Below are positions 36,571 to 44,620 of a DNA stretch of 64,000 nt, one piece after another. Position numbers and translations under genes: made by a program. The stretch comes from Gammaproteobacteria bacterium (lineage in GTDB: Bacteria; Pseudomonadota; Gammaproteobacteria; JABABF01), in NCBI GenBank assembly GCA_965237805.1, contig OZ250153.1:1088001-1152000 (forward strand). The letters are read 5' to 3'. Each line of letters starts with the position of its first letter. Position 1 is the stretch's first letter. Under the pieces are notes generated by a model. The model searched no databases. It saw only the letters and a program-made list of their open reading frames with translations, and had not been told where the DNA came from.

Positions 36571-37126
36571 GGCGTAGTACGGCTCCGGTGTCCAGATCGG
36601 TGATCGGCGTCGGCCCGTCGCGCCCGCCGAGCGGGCCGGGCAGCAGATAGACTGCGGTGCGTCGGCGGAACAGCCGCCGCGCTTGGAAGGCGTGGCGCGG
36701 TGCGCGGGCACCGGTGGTGTTGGCCGAGGTGGAGACCAGCGGTGCGCCGAACAAGCGGCACAGCGCCGCCGCTTGGGGGTGGGTGGTGACGCGCAGGGCG
36801 ACGCTCTGGTGGCGGCCGCGAATCCACGGCGGCGCGGTGCCGTTGTCCGGCACCAGCCAGGTGGTACCGTGCGACTGTGCCGCTTGGAAGCGCTCCTGCA
36901 GAGCCGTTGGCAGGCCGCTCAGATATGGCTGGAACTGCTCGCTGTCGGCACCGATTAAGATCAGCCCGCGCTCAGCGCTACGGCGCTTGAGGCGCAACAG
37001 CCGCACCACTGCCACCGCGTCTTCCGGGTCGCAGCCCAGCCCCCAAACCCCCTCGGTGGGGTAGGCGACGAGGCCGCCCGCGTGCAGCACATCGGCGGCG
37101 ATGCGCAGCGTTTGCTTGGCGCTCAC
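36563..37126 (-). CDS. tsaC: L-threonylcarbamoyladenylate synthase
   Basis: [25 protein letters not shown]. Confidence 0.93.
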   Translation of the reverse strand: MSAKQTLRIAADVLHAGGLVAYPTEGVWGLGCDPEDAVAVVRLLRLKRRSAERGLILIGADSEQFQPYLSGLPTALQERFQAAQSHGTTWLVPDNGTAPPWIRGRHQSVALRVTTHPQAAALCRLFGAPLVSTSANTTGARAPRHAFQARRLFRRRTAVYLLPGPLGGRDGPTPITDLDTGAVLRRG

Positions 37127-37668
37127 ACCGTGCCCGTGGGTGACTCGCCGGGTGCTTCTCCCGCCTCCTTGCGCAGCTTTTCCTGCAGGGCGCGGTCGTG
37201 CGCTGAGACCTTTGCGGATGCCGCCTTGAGTGCCGCTTTCAGTTGCGTCGCCAGTGCCTCGTCGCCGAGGGCGAGGATGCGTGCCGCCAGCCAGGCGGCA
37301 TTGGCGGCACCGGCTCGACCGACGGCCATGGTTGCCACCGGCACTCCGGCGGGCATCTGCACTGTGGCGAGCAGTGCGTCGAGGCCGCCGAGGCCGCTCT
37401 CCAGCGGCACCCCGATAACCGGGCGTTGGCTGTGTGCGGCCACCGTCCCGGCCAAGTGTGCGGCCATGCCGGCGGCGGCGATGTGTACGGCGGCACCGCG
37501 TTCCTCGGCGTCGGCGAGGTAGTCGACCAGCGCTTGGGGGGTACGGTGTGCCGAGAGGATGCGCGCCTCGAAGGGAATCTGCAGCTGGCGCAGCACGGCG
37601 ATGGCCGCGCCCACGGTTGGCCAATCCGAGTCGGAGCCCATCAGCACCGAGACGAAAGGCTGGCTCAC
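37123..37668 (-). CDS. purE: N5-CAIR mutase
   Basis: [37 protein letters not shown]. Confidence 0.96.
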   Translation of the reverse strand: MSQPFVSVLMGSDSDWPTVGAAIAVLRQLQIPFEARILSAHRTPQALVDYLADAEERGAAVHIAAAGMAAHLAGTVAAHSQRPVIGVPLESGLGGLDALLATVQMPAGVPVATMAVGRAGAANAAWLAARILALGDEALATQLKAALKAASAKVSAHDRALQEKLRKEAGEAPGESPTGTV

Positions 37669-37766
37669 GGCGAATCCCTACAATATTGGGAGCGTTATCA
37701 GCTGTTCACTGTACGGTATGGTGGGGGGATTGTCCAATTAGCGTGGCACTTTGGCATCGGCGTGAT

Positions 37767-38297
37767 TTATCGATGCTGCTCGCAATACCCGGCCAAATCA
37801 AAGCCCTCCAGCCTGTCGCCGTAGCCCACCCGCGACGGGTGGCGCGGATGGCCGTCCCGCGTCGGCGGGCCGTAGCGTAGCCAGCAGGGTTCCAGCGGTG
37901 CCACGGCGGCGGCCAGTTGCGCCAAGGCTTGCCACAGCCATGGTCGCTGCGAGATGCCAGCGCCCCATGCCGCCCACAGGCTCAGCCCAACCCCGGCGCG
38001 GCGAGCCGTGGCGAGCATATGCTGCCGGTTGCACCGCAGCAGCTCGGGATCGGCCTTGAGGGGCAGCTCCCGAGGTTGGGTGGCGCGCAGGGGATAGAGG
38101 TTACAGATGGCGAAGCCGCCCCAGCCGGCCGCGCGGCTGATGCGCTCGATCTTGGTTGCCGTCAGGTCGCTGCGCTCGCGGCTGGCGGTGCTGGGATTCA
38201 GAGCCAGCACCACCAGCAATGGCCGACCGGATTGCCCAAGCAGATAACGCTCTCCATCGCCGTGGCCCGTGTAATAGAGGTCGTAGAGGGCTGTCAT
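37767..38297 (-). CDS. DUF1643 domain protein
   Basis: LNPSTA, NLYPLRATQP, WAAWG, GHPRHPSR. Confidence 0.85.
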   Translation of the reverse strand: MTALYDLYYTGHGDGERYLLGQSGRPLLVVLALNPSTASRERSDLTATKIERISRAAGWGGFAICNLYPLRATQPRELPLKADPELLRCNRQHMLATARRAGVGLSLWAAWGAGISQRPWLWQALAQLAAAVAPLEPCWLRYGPPTRDGHPRHPSRVGYGDRLEGFDLAGYCEQHR

Positions 38298-38389
38298 TAA
38301 TTTAAGCGTATATAATAGGAACCCCATCTAATTGCACCCTAGATAGTAGCAATTTAACCAGCAGTAAGGGGCGAGAAGCTAGAGTACTT

Positions 38390-38986
38390 ATGTCTATATC
38401 GGTTCGAGTGATTCACACGCTGTGCTTGGCGTTGGTCGTTTTCGTTGCGGGTTGTGGGTCTATTGGTCCAGTCGCCCAAATCTCTGGCGAACTGGAGGGG
38501 GTCGCCGCGGGAGTCGAGGAACTCGCCGAAGGAGTCGATGGCATTGCCGAGGAACTCATCGCGGGAATCGCGGGAATCGAGGGCATCGCTGTGGGCGTCG
38601 ATGAGAGCGTCGGGGGACTCTCTAAGGATATCCAAGATCTCTCGAAGCAGCTCGGTCGGCTCGATTCCAGGTCTGGGGGATTCTCTGGAACGATCCAAGA
38701 TCTCTCGCAGGGGGTCAATCAGCTCAATGCGAAAGTCGACAATATCTCCGGGCAGGTCCGCAGGATCTCGGCGCAGCTCGAGCAGGTCCCCGAGGATAGC
38801 CTGAAGAGCCAGCAGACATCGGCGCAATGCATCGCCGTCACCTTTGCCAATGTGCTAGACCGCACTATAGTTTTGGGGCTAAAGGGTGCGGTTTCTCTTT
38901 CCATTGTGAAATTTAGCACCGCCATTATCAATATGCCGCTGAGCGTTGTGTCGATTCCTTTCGAATTGGCTAAGTGCTTGGGCTGA
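38390..38986 (+). CDS. Hypothetical lipoprotein with heptad (coiled-coil) repeats
   Basis: LALVVFVAGC lipobox; repeated heptads (IQDLS twice); 3' end overlaps rlmB stop region. Confidence 0.55.
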   Translation: MSISVRVIHTLCLALVVFVAGCGSIGPVAQISGELEGVAAGVEELAEGVDGIAEELIAGIAGIEGIAVGVDESVGGLSKDIQDLSKQLGRLDSRSGGFSGTIQDLSQGVNQLNAKVDNISGQVRRISAQLEQVPEDSLKSQQTSAQCIAVTFANVLDRTIVLGLKGAVSLSIVKFSTAIINMPLSVVSIPFELAKCLG

Positions 38987-40808
38987 GGCGCTGAGCGCTG
39001 TTGGCTTGCCGCTGGTGTGCGGCCTCGAATAGGCAGATACCGACGGCGACCGAGACATTGAGGTTGGGCACCTGCCCGGCCATCGGCAAACGTCCGAGTA
39101 GATCACAGCGTTGCCGCGTCAGCTGGCGCAGGCCGCGACCCTCGCCGCCAAGTACTAAGACCAAGCCGCCGCTGCCCATCTCCAGTTGACGGAAGTCCTC
39201 TGTGGCTTCTGCTTCCGCCCCGACCAGCCACAGTCCGGCCTCCTTGAGCGTTTCCAAGCTGCGCACCAAGTTGGCGGCGGCGACCAGTGGCACGCTCTCG
39301 GCGGCCCCGCTGGCAGCTTTGCAGCACAGTGGCGACAGTGGTGCCGTGCGACTGCGCGGCACGATCACGGCCTTTGCGCCAGCGGCGTCGGCGCTGCGCA
39401 GGCAGGCGCCTAAGTTGTGGGGGTCGAGCACCCCGTCCAGCACCAGCAACAGGGGATCGCCGCCCTCGGCCAGTAGTGCCGCCAGCCAGCTGTCGCCGCG
39501 TGTTGCTGGTGGCGGACAGCGGGCGGCCACCCCTTGGTGGCGGCTGTCACGCAACAGCAGATCCAGCTCGCGGCGCGGTATGGTGCGCACGGTGATGTTG
39601 GCTGCTACGGCTTTTTCTTGTAGGGCGGCGTTGCCCTCGCTGCCCTCGCTCAGTACGAGTTCTTCCACCGCCTCCGGCCGCGCTGCCAGCGCCGCCGTCA
39701 CGGCATGGCGACCGTAGAGCCACCCAGCCGTTTCGCTACCCGAATGCCGTGCCCTCTGCATCGGTTTGGTCGTGCCCGAGGACGATGCTCCCGCCGCTTC
39801 GCCGCCTCGGTTGGCCCACCGTATTGGGCGCAGGGCTGGATCGTCTCGGTGTCGCGCATCCCGACCGCCATCGCGCCGGTCATCGCGCCCGCGCTGTGCC
39901 CCGTAACCACCGCGCTGCCCGCCCCCGCCGTAGCGCTGCCCGCCGCCTTCGCCGCCGCGCCCGTCGCGCTGCCATGGCGCTGAGTCGCGCCTGCCGTAGC
40001 CGCCTCCACCACCGCGCCGGTCATCGCGCCCGCGCTGCGCCCCATAGCTACCGCGCTGTCCGCCGCCGCCGTCGCGCTGCCATGGCGCTGAGTCGCGCCT
40101 GCCGTAGCCGCCTTCACCACCGCGTCGGTCATCGCGCCCGCGCTGTGCCCCGTAACCACCGCGCTGTCCGCCGCCGCCGTAGCGTCGCCCGCCACCCTCG
40201 CCGCCACGCTGCCATGGCGCTGAGTCGCGCCTGCCGTAGCCGCCTTCACTACCGCGCCGGTCATCGCGTCCGCGCTGTGCCCCGTAACCACCGCGCTGTC
40301 CGCCGCCGCCGTAGCGTCGCCCGCCACCTTCGCCGCCGCGCTGCCATGGCGCTGAGTCGCGCCTGCCGTAGCCGCCTTCGCCACCGCGTCGGTCATCGCG
40401 CCCGCGCTGTGCCCCGTAACCACCGCGCTGTCCGCCGCCGCCGTAGCGTCGCCCGCCACCTTCGCCGCCGCGCCCGTCGCGCTGCCATGGCGCTGAGTCA
40501 CGCCTGCCGTAGCCGCCTTCGCCACCGCGCCGGTCATCGCGCCCGCGCTGTGCCCCGTAGCCACCGCGCTGTCCGCCGCCGTAGCGTCGCCCGCCACCCT
40601 CGCCGCCGCGCCCGTCGCGCTGCCATGGCGCTGAGTCGCGCCTACCGTAGCCGCCTTCACCACCGCGCCGGTCATCGCGCCCGCGCTGTGCCCCGTAGCT
40701 GCCGCGCTGTCCGCCGCCGCCGTCGTAGCGCCTCGGGCCGCCACTGCTCGAGCCTCCTCGTCCAGCTCCGTGCCCGCCGCCTAGCCGTCCCCGATCGTTC
40801 ATCGCCAA
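38970..40808 (-). CDS. rlmB: 23S rRNA Gm2251 2'-O-methyltransferase with long RGG-repeat N-terminal extension
   Basis: LYGRHAV, HQGVAA, LDGVLDPHNLGACLRSADAAG, GGEGRGLR, LNVSVA; follows rnr. Confidence 0.92.
   Translation of the reverse strand: MAMNDRGRLGGGHGAGRGGSSSGGPRRYDGGGGQRGSYGAQRGRDDRRGGEGGYGRRDSAPWQRDGRGGEGGGRRYGGGQRGGYGAQRGRDDRRGGEGGYGRRDSAPWQRDGRGGEGGGRRYGGGGQRGGYGAQRGRDDRRGGEGGYGRRDSAPWQRGGEGGGRRYGGGGQRGGYGAQRGRDDRRGSEGGYGRRDSAPWQRGGEGGGRRYGGGGQRGGYGAQRGRDDRRGGEGGYGRRDSAPWQRDGGGGQRGSYGAQRGRDDRRGGGGGYGRRDSAPWQRDGRGGEGGGQRYGGGGQRGGYGAQRGRDDRRDGGRDARHRDDPALRPIRWANRGGEAAGASSSGTTKPMQRARHSGSETAGWLYGRHAVTAALAARPEAVEELVLSEGSEGNAALQEKAVAANITVRTIPRRELDLLLRDSRHQGVAARCPPPATRGDSWLAALLAEGGDPLLLVLDGVLDPHNLGACLRSADAAGAKAVIVPRSRTAPLSPLCCKAASGAAESVPLVAAANLVRSLETLKEAGLWLVGAEAEATEDFRQLEMGSGGLVLVLGGEGRGLRQLTRQRCDLLGRLPMAGQVPNLNVSVAVGICLFEAAHQRQANSAQRLSPST
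39875..40725 (-). repeat. Intragenic tandem repeat, six full and one partial unit of ~108-141 bp
   Basis: Repeated GGGQRGGYGAQRGRDDRRGGEGGYGRRDSAPWQR(DGR)GGEGGGRRY; DNA core GCTGCCATGGCGCTGAGTC recurs six times. Confidence 0.95.
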
Positions 40809-43048
40809 GCCCGCCGCTTGCCCCGGTACCCACGGCGCTGCCCGGAACGCTGCTGCTGTACACCGACCGGATCCAGATCAATGCGCCGCTGTTCGGTATC
40901 CACCGCTGTCAGTTGCACCCGCATCCGCGTCCCCACCGCGTAGCATTGCCCGCTGCGTTGAGCGCTGAGCGTGTGCCGCACCGCATCGTATTGAAAATAC
41001 TCGGCACCCAGCCGCCGCACCTGCACGAAGCCAGAGACTGGCAGCCCGCTCAGCTGCACAAACAGTCCGCCAGAGATGACACCGTTGACGATGCCGTCGT
41101 ACTCGTCGCCCAGATGCCCGCGCAGATACTCACACACCAGCTGCTTCTCGCAGTCCCACATCGCCTCGTCGGCGCGTCGCTCGGCCTGTGAGCATTCCTG
41201 TCCGAGGCCAGCCATCGCCGCGCCGTCATAGGGATAGATGGCCTGCCGTGTGATGGCCTCGGCCTGTGGCTGGCGGCGCAGGTGCCGCCCGGAGCCGCCG
41301 TCCCGACGCCGCAGCAGGAAGCGCAGCGCGCGGTGCACCAGCAGATCGGGATAGCGGCGTATCGGCGAGGTGAAGTGTGTGTAGGCAGGGTAGTTGAGGC
41401 CGAAATGGCCGATGTTCTCGCTGTGATAGGCGGCTCGGCTCATGGCTTGTAGCAGCAGGGTCTGTACCACTTCCCGGCGCTCGTCATCTGCGACTTTGTC
41501 GAGTAGGCGCTGGAAGTCCAAGCCTTGGGTGGCGTTGCCACCGCCGAGGCTGAGCCCCAGCTCTTGCAAGCTGCCCCGCAGCGTCGCCAAGGCATCATCG
41601 CTGGGGCGGTCGTGCACCCGGTACAGCGCGGGCAAGCCCTGCTCGCGCAACAGCCGTGCGGTGGCGACATTGGCGCACAGCATGCTCTCCTCGATCAGCC
41701 GGTGGGCATCGTTGCGGTGTAGCGCGTCGATGCCGTCCACGCGCCCGCCAGCACCGATACGCAGCGTCAGCTCCGGCCGCTCGAAGTCCACCGCGCCGCG
41801 CTGCTGGCGGGCGGCGAGCAGGCAACGGTAGAGGGCGTGCAGGGCGCGCAACGAGTCGCCGACTCCGGCGGGCAGAGCCTCGCCGCCGCTGCCGCTGTCC
41901 AAGAAGGCGGCCACGCCGCCGTAGCGCAGTCGCGCCTGCGAGCGCATCACGCCCTCGAAGAAGTCGAAGTCCTGCAGCTGGCCGTCGCCGTCGATGTGCA
42001 GCTCGCAGGCCAAGCACAGGCGGTCTTGCTCCGGACGCAGCGAACACAGCCCGTTGGATAGCGCCTCGGGCAGCATCGGCAGCACTTTGTTGGGGAAATA
42101 GACCGAGGTGCCGCGGGCGGCGGCCTCGGCATCCAGCGCTGTGCCCGGGCGCACATAGTGCGAGACATCAGCGATGGCCACCCACAGCTTGAAGCTGCCG
42201 TCGGCTTCGGCGACACCGTACACCGCATCGTCAAAATCTTGGGCGTCCTCGCCGTCGATGGTGACCAAGGGCAGTGCGCGCAGATCGACTCGCTGCGCCT
42301 TGTCCACCGCTGTCGGTGCCGCTGGTAGCGCCTGTGCCTCGGCCTGAGTTTCCGGCGGCCATTCGCTGCGCAGCTGATGGTTCAGCGCCGCCACCGAAGC
42401 CGCCGTCGGCGCGTCGCGTGACTCGCCGAGCAGCTCGCGCAGCTGGCAGCTCCCGGCGCGTCCCGGCTGCGGGGCCGTCACCACCTCGGCGCGCACCAGA
42501 GCGCCGTCCGCCGGCTTTGCGGTGTCGCCAGTGATGAGCCGCAGCCGCAGATGCCCGTTGCGGGGGTCGTCCGGCTCCAGTGTCAGCGCCCGACCGACAT
42601 GTCGGCAGCGCCCGGCCAGCTGGTGGGTATGGCGTTGCCGCAGCGTCGTGATTGTGGCCTGTGGCAGGCCGCCGCCGCGCGCGATGCCACCGCTGCGCTC
42701 CACCATGACCTCGTCACCGTGGAAGACCACGGCCATCTCTTCGGCCGACAGCGCCCAGCGGCGACCGTCGTCCAGCTGCACCGCGCCGCCGCCACGGGTA
42801 CCGCGACTGCCTTGGACGATGCCGTGGCGGGCAGCGTCACCAGCTTGATGGCCGAGCTGCAGTGTGTCATCGGCCTCGCGCCGCAGGGTGCCGGCGCGCA
42901 CCAGAGTGTCCAGTCGCCGTTCCAGCGCGTCTAGCGCGCTGTCGCCGTCGACACCGAGCGCTGCGGCCAAGGCTGTCGTATCTAGGGGCGCGGGGCTAAG
43001 GCGCAGGTAGCGCAGAATCGTCTGCCCGGAAGGGCCGTCGGCGGACAT
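40799..43048 (-). CDS. rnr: Ribonuclease R
   Basis: TIDGEDAQDFDDA, AIADVSHYV, HFTSPIRRYPDLLVHR, C-terminal S1 domain. Confidence 0.95.
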   Translation of the reverse strand: MSADGPSGQTILRYLRLSPAPLDTTALAAALGVDGDSALDALERRLDTLVRAGTLRREADDTLQLGHQAGDAARHGIVQGSRGTRGGGAVQLDDGRRWALSAEEMAVVFHGDEVMVERSGGIARGGGLPQATITTLRQRHTHQLAGRCRHVGRALTLEPDDPRNGHLRLRLITGDTAKPADGALVRAEVVTAPQPGRAGSCQLRELLGESRDAPTAASVAALNHQLRSEWPPETQAEAQALPAAPTAVDKAQRVDLRALPLVTIDGEDAQDFDDAVYGVAEADGSFKLWVAIADVSHYVRPGTALDAEAAARGTSVYFPNKVLPMLPEALSNGLCSLRPEQDRLCLACELHIDGDGQLQDFDFFEGVMRSQARLRYGGVAAFLDSGSGGEALPAGVGDSLRALHALYRCLLAARQQRGAVDFERPELTLRIGAGGRVDGIDALHRNDAHRLIEESMLCANVATARLLREQGLPALYRVHDRPSDDALATLRGSLQELGLSLGGGNATQGLDFQRLLDKVADDERREVVQTLLLQAMSRAAYHSENIGHFGLNYPAYTHFTSPIRRYPDLLVHRALRFLLRRRDGGSGRHLRRQPQAEAITRQAIYPYDGAAMAGLGQECSQAERRADEAMWDCEKQLVCEYLRGHLGDEYDGIVNGVISGGLFVQLSGLPVSGFVQVRRLGAEYFQYDAVRHTLSAQRSGQCYAVGTRMRVQLTAVDTEQRRIDLDPVGVQQQRSGQRRGYRGKRRAWR

Positions 43049-43169
43049 TGGGGAATCCTCGGATCAAGCTCGGGTAGGTCGGTTGCCGCAGGCTGCGGGC
43101 TAATTTGACCACCTACCGAGACTTGGCTTAATATTCTACACCTAGTCTTTAGGAAATCAGCCTGTCGCC

Positions 43170-43403
43170 ATGCCACCGTCGACGCGCCAGCCACAGCCTC
43201 CCGAGCTCCGCGCAATGGAGCAGCTGGAGAAGAAAGTTGACTTGCTGGTTAAGTTGTGTCGGCATTTGGAGCGGGAAAACAAGGACTTGCACGGCGGTAG
43301 CGAGGCGGTGGAGGTGCGGCGGCTGCAAGCCCGCCAGCAGAAGGTGGGCGCGCATCTCGACCAGCTGATCGGGCGCCTGAAGCAATTGGAGCAAAGCTTG
43401 TGA
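43170..43403 (+). CDS. Short coiled-coil protein upstream of zapA (TIGR02449/ZapB-like)
   Basis: LEKKVDLLVKLCRHLERENKDL...LIGRLKQLEQ; synteny with zapA. Confidence 0.7.
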   Translation: MPPSTRQPQPPELRAMEQLEKKVDLLVKLCRHLERENKDLHGGSEAVEVRRLQARQQKVGAHLDQLIGRLKQLEQSL

Positions 43404-43717
43404 GCAATACTCCCAAAACCATTTCGGTGTTCATCCTCGGCACCGAGTACCAGGTCAGCTGCCCGCCGCAGCAGGTCGCGGCCTTGGAAGAAGCGGCTCG
43501 CTACTTGGATTCGCAGATGCAGCACATCAGCGATGCCGGCCAGCTCAGCGAGCGCGACGAAATCACCGTGCAGGCGGCCATCAACATCAGCCATGAGCTG
43601 TTACAGGCCGCAGGGCTGCCGGGTGCCGACCTCTCCGACCCGCTCAAGCGCATCAACGCCAAGCTGGATGCCGTGCTCAAGCGCAGCCAGCACATCAAGG
43701 CGCAGGTCATCAACTGA
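43400..43717 (+). CDS. zapA: Cell division protein ZapA
   Basis: ILGTEYQVSCP, AARYLDSQM, AAINISHELL. Confidence 0.9.
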   Translation: MSNTPKTISVFILGTEYQVSCPPQQVAALEEAARYLDSQMQHISDAGQLSERDEITVQAAINISHELLQAAGLPGADLSDPLKRINAKLDAVLKRSQHIKAQVIN

Positions 43718-43732
43718 CGGCGTTTGAGAGCG

Positions 43733-43738
43733 TATAAT
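43733..43738 (+). promoter_or_regulatory. Sigma70 -10 box for 6S RNA
   Basis: TATAAT ~10 bp upstream of the predicted 6S 5' end. Confidence 0.6.
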
Positions 43739-43748
43739 CCGGACGTGG

Positions 43749-43929
43749 CTCCCTGCGATGCGCGCCAGGCGACTTAGTCCCTCGGACCGTTAAGCATTGC
43801 TTAAGGGGAACTGCCAGCGCGCAGGAGCGCAAGCCCGCCTCGAAGCGGGAAGCCAGATCGCGTGTTCGGTGGGCCCCGCCTTGAACCTATGGGTTCAAGG
43901 GTCTAGCTGCCAGCGGCTTGCGTGGGGAG
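43749..43929 (+). ncRNA. ssrS: 6S RNA
   Basis: Between zapA and ygfA; ~180 nt; 5' CTCCCTGCG pairs with 3' CGTGGGGAG; CCTTGAACC...GGTTCAAGG hairpin. Confidence 0.92.
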
Positions 43930-44040
43930 TCCACCTGTCGCCAGTGCTTTCGGCACGCTTGCCCCCGATGCGGTGGTTGCCATCTCTCGCGGCTCTTGGG
44001 TCACTGCTTAGATCGCCCCATAACGGCGCGTCCCGTCACC

Positions 44041-44616
44041 ATGCCTGATGCCCCGCTTGCCCCCGCCCCACAGCGCACCGCCCTGCGTGCCGCTCGCCGC
44101 GCACTGCCGGTGTGGTGCCAGCGCCGCCACGCCCGCCAGCTCGCCCTGCGCTTGACTCGCCGCCTGCGCCGCGGCCGGTACCACCGCATCGGAGCCTATG
44201 CTGCCGCCGATGGCGAGATCGACCCGGCACCCTTCTTGCGCGCCGTCCACCGCCGCGGTCGACGCTGCTATCTGCCGACGCTGGCTGGTGAGACCCTGCG
44301 CTTCGCACGCTGGCGACCGCACGGGCGCTGGCGGCTGAACCGCTTCGGTCTGCGCGAGCCGCGGGGGGCGCGCTGTTCGGTGCGGCGCTTGGACTTGCTG
44401 TTGGTGCCGCTGGTGGCCTTCGACCGCAGCGGCGGGCGGCTCGGACGCGGCGGCGGTTTCTACGACCGCAGTTTGGCGGCGGCTTCCGGCCCTCTGCGCT
44501 TGGGCTTGGCGCACCAGTTACAGGAGCTGCCAGCGCTGGCGAGCCAGCCTTGGGATGCCGCCTTGGACGGCGTGGCGACCGAGCGTCGGCTGCGCTGGTG
44601 GCCAGCGACGCGCTAG
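44041..44616 (+). CDS. ygfA: 5-formyltetrahydrofolate cyclo-ligase
   Basis: DGEIDP, NRFGLREP, LVPLVAFD, RLGRGGGFYDR. Confidence 0.92.
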   Translation: MPDAPLAPAPQRTALRAARRALPVWCQRRHARQLALRLTRRLRRGRYHRIGAYAAADGEIDPAPFLRAVHRRGRRCYLPTLAGETLRFARWRPHGRWRLNRFGLREPRGARCSVRRLDLLLVPLVAFDRSGGRLGRGGGFYDRSLAAASGPLRLGLAHQLQELPALASQPWDAALDGVATERRLRWWPATR

Positions 44617-44620
44617 CGGT

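Noticed and set aside
39875-40725. Long tandem repeat as CRISPR or non-coding array; long overlapping ORFs 39698-40744 and 39749-41191
   Set aside because: No unique spacers; the repeat is in frame with rlmB, and the other frames are open only because the GC-rich repeat lacks stops
43797-44048. 83-aa ORF between zapA and ygfA, and the upstream extension of ygfA
   Set aside because: Overlaps the 6S RNA; no protein features
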